A stretch of DNA of 36,214 nt from a virus, in IMG/VR virus record IMGVR_UViG_3300021426_000046. The stretch is one strand, 5' to 3'. Made by a program: the position numbers and the translations under genes. The notes beneath the pieces were generated by a model. The model did not search any database and had not been told where the DNA came from. It saw nothing but the letters and a program-made list of their open reading frames with translations. This document shows positions 25,229 through 32,504 of the stretch, piece after piece (position 1 is the first letter of the stretch; each line of letters begins with the position of its first letter).

Positions 25229-25391
25229 CTTCTTCCGCTATTGTTTCATTAAGCTGATTACGCAGAGTAAGATATTTCTCCCGATGAGGTTCATTTTTAG
25301 GTACCCAGCCCATCACTGAGTTCAGCGATTCCCTAAGGTCCAGCAATTTCTTCAGTCGTAAGCAGCTCACAGCAAAATCGCCTTTCTCCAT
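25200..25391 (-). CDS. Hypothetical small protein (63 aa), convergent with the DUF2513 gene
   Basis: RBS GAGGGGG plus 6 nt, then ATG at 25391. An extended -10 TGGTAAAAT lies upstream on the minus strand (plus coordinates 25427-25435). Confidence 0.45.
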   Translation of the reverse strand: MEKGDFAVSCLRLKKLLDLRESLNSVMGWVPKNEPHREKYLTLRNQLNETIAEEARFLDAASR

Positions 25392-25490
25392 CTTTGTCCC
25401 CCTCACTTTCTACAAGCTTTACTCTAATATTTTACCACAAAATCCATCTCGAAGAGTGACTGGAAGTATCCGCTAAATCTGAACCTTACT

Positions 25491-25583
25491 CGTGCTCAGA
25501 GCGATGCCGTGGAAGAAACGCCGATGAGCACCGCCCAAGCTCATACTAAAGCCCGCCCTATTATCCGAGAGTCTGCTGGTTAA
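25491..25583 (+). pseudogene. Remnant 2 of a repressor 3' end (last ~30 codons only)
   Basis: cgtgctcagagcgatgccgtggaagaaacgccgatgagcaccgcc aligns with the CI gene near 24748-24795. It ends at the TAA at 25581-83. It has no HTH part and no start. Confidence 0.75.
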
Positions 25584-25673
25584 CTCCCAAATCGTTCACT
25601 TACTCGGAATAGACAGGGAATCCAAAGCTTAATGCGTTCATAATATTGTTTAATGCATGATAGGAGGGTTTTT

Positions 25674-26255
25674 ATGTTTAACCTTGATAACAAGAGTAAA
25701 CTCATTCTCTGTTTTTCTCTTTTATTCGCCTTTGGTAGTGTTGCTTACTTATTTGGATATTACCATGGTGCAACAAACAGTATCCCTAAAAAGGCCTCAC
25801 AACTTGCAGAAAACGACATTCCCCCTCAAAAAGACACTCGTCTCGGCATAAGTGCCGATTTATTCATTCCCAACTTCAACGCTTTTTCCGACAGACTGCA
25901 TATATCGTCTTACCAAAATGTACAAAATGACTTCATCGAGTTTGGCAACAACAGCCAATCCATCATCATTATTGGCAAGGGAAATCCCAAAAATCTCGAC
26001 AGTATAGGTGTGATATTTCCCAAATATGACACCCGTGCACGCATAGACGGATTGACCGCAATTTATGCTACTATCTCCGCAGTAAGCCCGTCAACAACAG
26101 ATGCTGGGCGGGGGTATATTGGTGAACAGTTAGGGCTAGATGATGATATAGACAACAAAAGTGGCATGAAAATATCCGAATATAATGGCAAGCGATACGC
26201 TGTGACGTATGAACAAGGGAAAGTTACATTTATGTCAATGACGCAGCCTGAATAA
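25674..26255 (+). CDS. Membrane-anchored or secreted protein (193 aa), candidate superinfection-exclusion moron
   Basis: RBS TAGGAGGG plus 5 nt, then ATG at 25674. N-terminal hydrophobic helix KLILCFSLLFAFGSVAYLFGYY followed by a soluble domain. AT-rich. Confidence 0.65.
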   Translation: MFNLDNKSKLILCFSLLFAFGSVAYLFGYYHGATNSIPKKASQLAENDIPPQKDTRLGISADLFIPNFNAFSDRLHISSYQNVQNDFIEFGNNSQSIIIIGKGNPKNLDSIGVIFPKYDTRARIDGLTAIYATISAVSPSTTDAGRGYIGEQLGLDDDIDNKSGMKISEYNGKRYAVTYEQGKVTFMSMTQPE

Positions 26256-26282
26256 AACTTACCTATCTCCTTTAGCATTATC

Positions 26283-26538
26283 CTTCCCTTGGCCTGTCCG
26301 ACCAGCCACAGGGCCACCAGGCAGACTCCCCTGCTGCCGCCCGCAGCCACAAATCCAGTCCGATACCCTCACCCCTGAAGAAGCTGCCCTCGTCCAAGCC
26401 TACCGCAACGCCAACGACCGCGGCAAATCCATCGTTGATACCATCCTCAAACCGGAAGTGCGTGCTCAGAGCGAAGCCGTGGAAGAAACGCCGATGAGCA
26501 CCGCCACCTCCCACTCTATTCAAGAATCCGCCTGCTGA
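26283..26538 (+). pseudogene. Remnant 3 of a repressor gene (linker plus C-terminal tail of a different allele; internally frameshifted)
   Basis: It starts exactly at the LGLSDQP boundary (cttggcctgtccgaccagcca). The tail reads DTLTPEEAALVQAYRNANDRGKSIVDTILKPEVRAQSEAVEETPMSTA... up to the TGA at 26536-38. The proximal and distal parts are in different frames. Confidence 0.75.
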
Positions 26539-26552
26539 CCAATAACTCCATA

Positions 26553-26581
26553 TTGCATATACAAGCATCGTATGGTATACT
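26553..26581 (+). promoter_or_regulatory. Near-consensus promoter for a short plus-strand RNA
   Basis: TTGCAT (26553-58), a 17-nt spacer, then TATACT (26576-81). Confidence 0.55.
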
Positions 26582-26587
26582 AAGGGC

Positions 26588-26675
26588 AACGAGAAGAATA
26601 AGTGATTCCATGTAATCACCGACAAAAAGCCCCTTAGCATACGATTCACGGTCGATGCTAAGGGGCTTTTGTTTT
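26588..26675 (+). ncRNA. Candidate ~88-nt antisense/antitoxin sRNA (RNA II-like)
   Basis: Bounded by the promoter at 26553-81 and the intrinsic terminator at 26629-26675. It carries the 30-nt block 26591-26620, which is complementary to the translation initiation region of the peptide gene at 26705-26797. Confidence 0.4.
26622..26675. terminator. Bidirectional intrinsic terminator
   Basis: Perfect 12-bp stem gccccttagcat / atgctaaggggc (26629-40 and 26655-66). It is flanked by acaaaaa on the left and ttttgtttt on the right, so there are T-runs on both strands. Confidence 0.8.
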
Positions 26676-26704
26676 GCCATCAAGGATTCACGGTCCCGTC
26701 AGGC

Positions 26705-26797
26705 TTACTGCCGTGGCTTGAAATACCGTTCATAAACATATGCTGCGACAATGCCGCAGATAACATTTATGATAATTGAGAAGAATAAGTTGTCCAT
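26705..26797 (-). CDS. 30-aa hydrophobic peptide, candidate type I toxin (MDNLFFSIIINVICGIVAAYVYERYFKPRQ)
   Basis: GGAGGTGA plus 4 nt, then ATG at 26797. One transmembrane-length hydrophobic stretch plus a charged tail. It has its own promoter, an SD-sequestering hairpin and a terminator. Below the track cutoff. Confidence 0.55.
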   Translation of the reverse strand: MDNLFFSIIINVICGIVAAYVYERYFKPRQ

Positions 26798-26799
26798 AT

Positions 26800-26825
26800 A
26801 ATCACCTCCCTTCTCCGAGGTGATT
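26800..26825 (-). promoter_or_regulatory. 5' UTR hairpin sequestering the Shine-Dalgarno of the peptide gene
   Basis: The minus RNA reads AAUCACCUC-GGAGAAGG-GAGGUGAUU. It has a 9-bp perfect stem whose 3' arm is the RBS. Confidence 0.65.
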
Positions 26826-26845
26826 TACTGCACAGCAGCATGAGT

Positions 26846-26854
26846 AGTATAGCA
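26846..26854 (-). promoter_or_regulatory. Extended -10 promoter (TGCTATACT) for the peptide mRNA
   Basis: The minus strand reads ttgcttaTGcTATACTactca. The -35 (TTTTCT) is weak. Confidence 0.45.
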
Positions 26855-26949
26855 TAAGCAAACCGAAAAGAAAAGTCATACCGCCTGCCAGCAGCCACCA
26901 ACCCCCCCGATTCCCTTAATGCCCCTAATCATGGACCGCAAGAAGCCAT

Positions 26950-26984
26950 AAAAAAGTAAGCCGCTCCAAACAGGAACGGCTTAT
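26950..26984 (-). terminator. Terminator of the orf216 / HTH-M78 cassette
   Basis: On the minus strand: TAAGCCG-ttcctgtttggag-CGGCTTA followed by CTTTTTTAT. It lies 3 nt after the stop at 26987. Confidence 0.65.
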
Positions 26985-26986
26985 TT

Positions 26987-28108
26987 TCATTTATTCATAA
27001 GTTTAATGATTGAATCTTCTTCGCTAAAATATCCCCTAGGAAGATTGGCTGCTTTTTCAATCAATTCTGCTGGTAAGGATATATTATCCACTAAATCTTG
27101 TTTCGTGGATAACCCCTTATCCACGAATAATTCTATTGATTGCTTATATAAACGAGGCTTTTCAGGAGTTATCTCCTTATCTCCTGGCTCTATCTTCCTC
27201 CAATGCTTTCTTGAAATTTGTTTTTGCATATACTCATACTTATCTTCAGTGATGATTTCGAACTTTCTAGCCCGTATAATCATGGCTGATATAGATGTTT
27301 TCCATTTGGGTTTGAGATATAAAAGTGCATCTAAAGAAGATGAAAAATCTGATAAAAATTCCTTTTGTGGAAGAAGTAAAGCCCCAGCAAATTCCTTTGC
27401 CTCTTCCTCCATCGTTTTCAGCTCTTCTTCTGCCATTTCTTCATCATGGAAATACAAATGACAAATCTCATGCGCAATGCTCATTCTCAACCTTACAGCT
27501 GAATTATCTTTGTTTACAAAAATATATGGTCTTCCATTCTCCCAAAAGGAAAAGCCATCCACTTTCTGTGTATCCATAGACATCACTACTATAATGATAC
27601 CATGTTTTTCAGCTGACAATATTAAATTATTTATTGGTCCTGGTGGCAACTTCCACGCGCGTCTTATAAGTTTTGCCCATAACTCAGGATCTCTTCTTTT
27701 TTCGATACTCATGGATGTTTTTATATCTGTAAAACTTTTATCTACAGGTGGAAAATTTATTTTATCATGAAAATATCCAGTAATATTAGCTACTATCATA
27801 TCTGCGATTTTCAGAGTTTTTTCTCGCTCATGCTTTGTAGCTGTACTGAATTTTCGAAAGAACACTTTACTACGATCTATATAATCCAAATTCTGAGATT
27901 GATAAAAGCTTAGGGGAAATCCATAAATATTTTTTAGTTGAAAAAATTTTTCAGAGTTTACTGCGCAACCACCACGCTCAAAAAGTGATAACGCCTGCGA
28001 TGTAACCCCTATTTTTTCTGCAACACTTTTTATCGTTAATCCTGATGCTATACGTGCATCACGAAGTCGTTGCGGAATATAATTTAATCTATTTACCGCC
28101 ATTTTCAT
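26987..28108 (-). CDS. Fused XRE-HTH / ImmA-IrrE (peptidase M78, COG2856) zinc metalloprotease with a C-terminal extension (~373 aa)
   Basis: N-terminus LRDARIASGLTIKSVAEKIGVTSQALSLFERG is an XRE HTH. The centre SIAHEICHLYFH carries an HExxH site in M78-like context (..AKEFAGALLLP). Start is ATG 28108 or 28102. It overlaps the upstream gene by ~20 nt. Confidence 0.8.
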   Translation of the reverse strand: MKMAVNRLNYIPQRLRDARIASGLTIKSVAEKIGVTSQALSLFERGGCAVNSEKFFQLKNIYGFPLSFYQSQNLDYIDRSKVFFRKFSTATKHEREKTLKIADMIVANITGYFHDKINFPPVDKSFTDIKTSMSIEKRRDPELWAKLIRRAWKLPPGPINNLILSAEKHGIIIVVMSMDTQKVDGFSFWENGRPYIFVNKDNSAVRLRMSIAHEICHLYFHDEEMAEEELKTMEEEAKEFAGALLLPQKEFLSDFSSSLDALLYLKPKWKTSISAMIIRARKFEIITEDKYEYMQKQISRKHWRKIEPGDKEITPEKPRLYKQSIELFVDKGLSTKQDLVDNISLPAELIEKAANLPRGYFSEEDSIIKLMNK

Positions 28109-28739
28109 CACGTTTCTTTACCATATTCAAAAATTCTTCATTTAATTCAACTAGAACTTCTTCTTCATCATTATCTGAAATTACTGAATATGCACCTCTA
28201 TCCAGCGGTTCACAGTACCACCAATTAGAAAGTCCTAACACCCCTATATTACCAAATTGAAAAGAGTTTTTCCCTCTATCTCCATACGTTGCTGTGAATG
28301 TACTGATTTTATTTGGTTCCCATTTCATTGGTTCAAATAAGTTTATCTCTATATTTCCTATTGTTGGGCGATATAATGCTTTATGAGGAATTTCCTCTGG
28401 CCATTCCACTCTGGCTATATAGAGCGAACAATTATCTTTTTCTAATCTTACATGTCGACAATTTTTGGCTTTATTACATTCTTCTGTATATAAAAACTCC
28501 AAATAACCTTTTTGACAATATTTTTTTGTGAAACTCGCAATAGCTGCTCTAAGAATATGTGGACGTACATCTTTTTGTCCAATAATAGTATCCAATAAAA
28601 AGTTTTCCATCACTTGTGATGTGTATAGTTGTTCTACTGCTTCGTAAGCACTATCAATAGCCGCCCGCAAGCAATGAATATCCTGTGACTGAAATAATTT
28701 CTTAAACTGCCTCTTGGATTCAATTTCGAACTCTAGCAT
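28089..28739 (-). CDS. Unknown 216-aa protein (orf216), first gene of the cassette
   Basis: GTGAGG plus 7 nt, then ATG at 28739. No motif I recognise and no transmembrane segment. Helical N-half, Trp/Tyr-rich C-half (..KWEPNKISTFTATYGDRGKNSFQFGNIGVLGLSNWWYCEPLDRG..) and an acidic tail. GC was 30% in one line I counted. Confidence 0.7.
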   Translation of the reverse strand: MLEFEIESKRQFKKLFQSQDIHCLRAAIDSAYEAVEQLYTSQVMENFLLDTIIGQKDVRPHILRAAIASFTKKYCQKGYLEFLYTEECNKAKNCRHVRLEKDNCSLYIARVEWPEEIPHKALYRPTIGNIEINLFEPMKWEPNKISTFTATYGDRGKNSFQFGNIGVLGLSNWWYCEPLDRGAYSVISDNDEEEVLVELNEEFLNMVKKRDENGGK

Positions 28740-28751
28740 AATCACGCCTCA

Positions 28752-28773
28752 CTTTCAAAAACACCTTTGAAAG
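28752..28773. promoter_or_regulatory. Perfect palindrome CTTTCAAA-N6-TTTGAAAG between the -10 and the RBS of orf216 (candidate operator)
   Basis: Read directly: 8-bp arms at 28752-59 and 28766-73. Confidence 0.6.
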
Positions 28774-28774
28774 T

Positions 28775-28803
28775 AATATAGCACTTTTTTGTAAAAAAAT
28801 CAA
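28775..28803 (-). promoter_or_regulatory. Promoter of the orf216 / HTH-M78 operon
   Basis: On the minus strand: TTGATT (28798-803), a 17-nt spacer, then TATATT (28775-80). Confidence 0.6.
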
Positions 28804-28945
28804 GTAATATGATAGAAAACCGCACAAAAGTTGTGAACTCAGCCGAACTAGCCCCCCAACACACATATCCGCGTGCGTTGGGGAATTTTTTATTTGCTAC
28901 AATGGGGATAGAACATCTGACAGTCTCCGAAAGGAGGCTGGCTCT

Positions 28946-30646
28946 ATGCCAAGAGCAAAGAAAGCGGCGATATACTGCCGTGTATCTACCATTCATCAGG
29001 TAGACAAAGACTCCCTGCCGATGCAGCGGAGCGATATGATTAACTACGCGAAGTATGCCCTCAATATTGAAGACTACGAGGTTTTCGAAGATGCGGGATA
29101 CTCAGGGAAGAATACTGACCGACCAGCATATCAGGAAATGATGGAACGCATCAAGGAAGGCGAATTCACTCATGTGCTGGTTTGGAAAATTGACCGTGTC
29201 AGCCGTAATTTGCTGGACTTTGCCTCTATGTATGCCGAATGCAAGAATTTGGGCGTAACCTTTGTGTCCAAGAACGAGCAATTCGATACTTCCACGGCCA
29301 TGGGCGAAGCCATGCTAAAGATTGTCCTGGTATTTGCCGAGTTGGAACGCAATATGACCAGTGAGCGCGTCATGTCCACGATGAACGCTCGGGCCACTGA
29401 AGGGAAATGGAATGGCGGCCGTGTACCTTTTGGATACAGCTATGACAAGGAGACGGATTCGTTCTCCATCCGTGAAGATGAGGCCAAGGTAGTCCATGAA
29501 ATGAAAAACATCTACCTGCGTCTTCATTCCATCACGGGCACGGCCCATGAGCTCAATGCCATTGGCCGCCGCACACGCCGTGGCTATGGCTGGACGCCTC
29601 AGACCGTAGCAATTATTCTACGCAGTCCTTTTTATCGTGGTACATACCGCTACAATTATAGAAATGAAACCAAAGGTACTTTTACCTTCAAAGACCAAAA
29701 AGACTGGGTCATGTGCAGCAAACATCATGAAGCTCTATTTACTCAGGAAGAATATGATAACATCGACTATTGGCTGACCAAGAACCGCCGCTTGCAGGGA
29801 AAAGCCACTCACTCCCAGCGAAAAAATGTTCACATCTTCGCCGGGCTGATAAAATGTGGCAACTGCGGGGACAACTACTTCGCTTCTCTCAGCCGGACGC
29901 TGGCTTCCGGATACCGGCCTTCGATGTACCAATGCAGCGGCCGACGGCAGAAGGCACTTTGCGATAATAAGTATGTCACCGATATAACCATTGGCAACTT
30001 TGTGTTCAACTACATCAGCAACATGATCCGACTGAAAAAGGCGTTTTCACCACGCTGGCAGATGCGTCGAATCTGCAGCACCTTACTGCGCGGTGACACC
30101 TTCCGCGAAATAAAAGCCATCTCCCCTGCCACACTCGCCAGCATCCGTACCACACTGATAGATAACCTTACTTGTACCACTGAATACCAGCCGATAAAAA
30201 ATAGACATGGCCCGGAAGCAGCTAAACGCAAAGATGAAAACCTGCAGGCAGAGTTGGATAAGAACACCCGCGCCCTTGACCGGTTGAAGCATCTATTCCT
30301 GTATGCGGATGATGCCATGGGACAGGCCGAATTCCTGCAGCAAAAGAAAGCCCTGGAAGATAATATTACGCGCATCAAGGGAGAGCTCGATGCCATCCGC
30401 AAGAGCTCCATCTTTGCCACCAATTTGTCCGAGGAGATATTTGTACAAAAAGCTGCCCAATTTTTCATGAATACTGCATTGCAGAAAGGACGCATTGATT
30501 TTGAACAGCTCGCCACTCAAACGGAGGCTACCATACTGAAAGATTTCGTTAATGCCATAGTGTCTCGTATCAGTGTACGCAACGGCAAGATTATCGAGCT
30601 TGAATTTACCAATGGCCAAATACATAGATTTGAATACTCTCTATGA
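28946..30646 (+). CDS. int: Large serine recombinase (integrase)
   Basis: AAIYCRVSTIHQ catalytic-Ser motif, a resolvase domain (..VWKIDRVSRN..), a recombinase domain, a Cys cluster (CGNCG...C..) and a C-terminal coiled coil. 566 aa. RBS AAAGGAGG. Confidence 0.9.
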   Translation: MPRAKKAAIYCRVSTIHQVDKDSLPMQRSDMINYAKYALNIEDYEVFEDAGYSGKNTDRPAYQEMMERIKEGEFTHVLVWKIDRVSRNLLDFASMYAECKNLGVTFVSKNEQFDTSTAMGEAMLKIVLVFAELERNMTSERVMSTMNARATEGKWNGGRVPFGYSYDKETDSFSIREDEAKVVHEMKNIYLRLHSITGTAHELNAIGRRTRRGYGWTPQTVAIILRSPFYRGTYRYNYRNETKGTFTFKDQKDWVMCSKHHEALFTQEEYDNIDYWLTKNRRLQGKATHSQRKNVHIFAGLIKCGNCGDNYFASLSRTLASGYRPSMYQCSGRRQKALCDNKYVTDITIGNFVFNYISNMIRLKKAFSPRWQMRRICSTLLRGDTFREIKAISPATLASIRTTLIDNLTCTTEYQPIKNRHGPEAAKRKDENLQAELDKNTRALDRLKHLFLYADDAMGQAEFLQQKKALEDNITRIKGELDAIRKSSIFATNLSEEIFVQKAAQFFMNTALQKGRIDFEQLATQTEATILKDFVNAIVSRISVRNGKIIELEFTNGQIHRFEYSL

Positions 30647-30654
30647 ACGACAAA

Positions 30655-30694
30655 AGCACCGGCAGTCCTTGACCGTCGGTGCTTTCTGGTATTT
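30655..30694 (+). terminator. Probable terminator after int
   Basis: agcaccggc ... gtcggtgct stem of ~9 bp, followed by the T-rich ttctggtattt. Confidence 0.45.
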
Positions 30695-30808
30695 ATTCAT
30701 CTTTTTGATGGGAAGCTTCGAGTGCTGCCAGTTCTCTATCCCGTTCATCCTTGGGTTGTTGTACTGAGAGATACATAGCGTCCCCTATGTATGGTTAGAT
30801 ATATCATA

Positions 30809-32020
30809 TCAATACAGCCCAGCCCGGTCATTAATAACAAAGACACGAATCATCTCCAGTGTCAAATCCAGCTTATCCTTGCCGCCAATTCCACCCAACA
30901 AGCCTTTATCAATCATCTTCTGAATTGTGGGCCGTGCCCATTCCGGCACCTCGTTTACATTATTATATCGCATCTCATCATCCTCCAACAACATTTTATT
31001 CGTTAACGCAAAGTCATCATAGTAATCTTGAGCATATTTTTCCCTAATGGATTGTACCGCCTCGCTCTGATCAGCTGGTCGTTCAAAATCAAACAGAACA
31101 GTATTGCTTGCATCTTGAACGGAACCAGCATTAGCCAATTTCTCCAGAAGATATTGATTCATCTGCAATTCCTGCCATAAGAACTCTAACTGTATATCCA
31201 AATCGCCAACGGACTTCCCTTTAGCTCTGGCATATTCCAGCAACCCTGCCTTGCGGTTATAATATGTCCACTGTGCCAGACCATAGCCCGCTCGATCATA
31301 CACAAAGTTTTGATATTCTCCGCTATCCACAGCGCGAGTATACTCATCATCCGACATTCCCAGCTTACACTCGTAGTAGTTCTCCAGATTGGTGGAGCTA
31401 AGTCCACTCTCCGCATAGAGATTTCCCATAAGCCCTGCTGCAGCATAGTCATTTAGCCCTTTTCCCTTCAGAAAGCGCCATATCTTTTCCTCAGGCAACA
31501 TTTTAGGTGCGCTTTCCTCCTGTTCTACAGCACCATATCTGTACCAGTTGGCCTTACCAGTTATTGTTCCATCATCAAGCAATGTTTGCAAATTTGCACC
31601 TGGACAGTCTGTGGCCATAAGCTCTCCATGTCCCAGGACATGCTCTCTATCTATAGGAAAACCATAGTCGGCACTCAAATTGGCAATAAGCATCGCGCAT
31701 TTCTCAATCTGCTCTGTCGTTGGCTTAGCCTGTGAAAAATCTCCAGACAAATGAATCCCTATCGTATGGTTGTTTTCCCCACATGCATGAGACCCCACAG
31801 CCCATTCCGGCCTGCCTCGTTCTATCGTGCCATCTTTCCGGATGACAAAGTGATAGCCTATACCGGCCCAGCCATTATTTAGGTGCCAGCCATGAATCTG
31901 TTCCGCGCTGGCATCAATGTCATTTCCACCCGTATGATGAAGGACAACCATATCTGTAGAATCACGCTTGTACAGACTCCCAAAAGACAAGTTTGTTTCT
32001 TTTATATTGGCACGTTCCAT
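30809..32020 (-). CDS. Endolysin: N-acetylmuramoyl-L-alanine amidase (Amidase_2/PGRP) plus a second lysozyme-like domain and a short C-terminal putative wall-binding segment
   Basis: VVLHHTGG....IH.WH...GW.GIGYHFVI..DG.I..GR....GSHA....N..IGI.L.G is the Amidase_2 pattern. The middle AAGLMGNLYAESGL..GYGLAQWT resembles phage tail-lysozyme-type domains. ATG at 32020 after AGGAGGGG. Confidence 0.85.
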   Translation of the reverse strand: MERANIKETNLSFGSLYKRDSTDMVVLHHTGGNDIDASAEQIHGWHLNNGWAGIGYHFVIRKDGTIERGRPEWAVGSHACGENNHTIGIHLSGDFSQAKPTTEQIEKCAMLIANLSADYGFPIDREHVLGHGELMATDCPGANLQTLLDDGTITGKANWYRYGAVEQEESAPKMLPEEKIWRFLKGKGLNDYAAAGLMGNLYAESGLSSTNLENYYECKLGMSDDEYTRAVDSGEYQNFVYDRAGYGLAQWTYYNRKAGLLEYARAKGKSVGDLDIQLEFLWQELQMNQYLLEKLANAGSVQDASNTVLFDFERPADQSEAVQSIREKYAQDYYDDFALTNKMLLEDDEMRYNNVNEVPEWARPTIQKMIDKGLLGGIGGKDKLDLTLEMIRVFVINDRAGLY

Positions 32021-32021
32021 A

Positions 32022-32492
32022 CTATCCCCTCCTTGTTTTCTTCCCATTCAAAGATGAGCTGCCTTTTTCGCCAATGGTTCGATAAGCCATTTTTACAATA
32101 TCGGGCACGGGAACACCAATCATTTCGGCATTCCGGACAATAGATATCCCTTCATTAGCTAAATAGCCATAGGTAACGGCAAGACAGACCACATTTGCGC
32201 CTAAGATGGCATCTGCCAAATGCCCAAGGGCTACAATCAGAAGGATTGTCACTTTCTTTGCCAAACCTTTAGCACCTTTCTCGTAGTCCACTGCCTCATT
32301 TGGGCTGACTGCTGCCGCTAAAACACCGGTCAAATAGTCTATCGCCATCGCAATAAGCAGGGCATTAAGCGCCTGCGTCCATTCGCCATATAAAACTGTA
32401 ACCAAAGCACCAAACATCCCTGTTGTTCCTCCTACTGCAGCCTCTGTCCGATTTGGAACAAGTGACTTTATCAATTCTGTTACCTCATTCAA
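32022..32492 (-). CDS. Holin (phage_holin_4_1 / toxin-secretion holin family)
   Basis: LIAMAIDYLTGVLAA..KGLAKKV...ANEGISIVRNAEMIGVPVP is characteristic. Multiple transmembrane helices. TTG start after AGGAGG plus 8 nt. It lies immediately upstream of the endolysin. Confidence 0.85.
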   Translation of the reverse strand: MNEVTELIKSLVPNRTEAAVGGTTGMFGALVTVLYGEWTQALNALLIAMAIDYLTGVLAAAVSPNEAVDYEKGAKGLAKKVTILLIVALGHLADAILGANVVCLAVTYGYLANEGISIVRNAEMIGVPVPDIVKMAYRTIGEKGSSSLNGKKTRRG

Positions 32493-32504
32493 AATACTCG
32501 CCTC

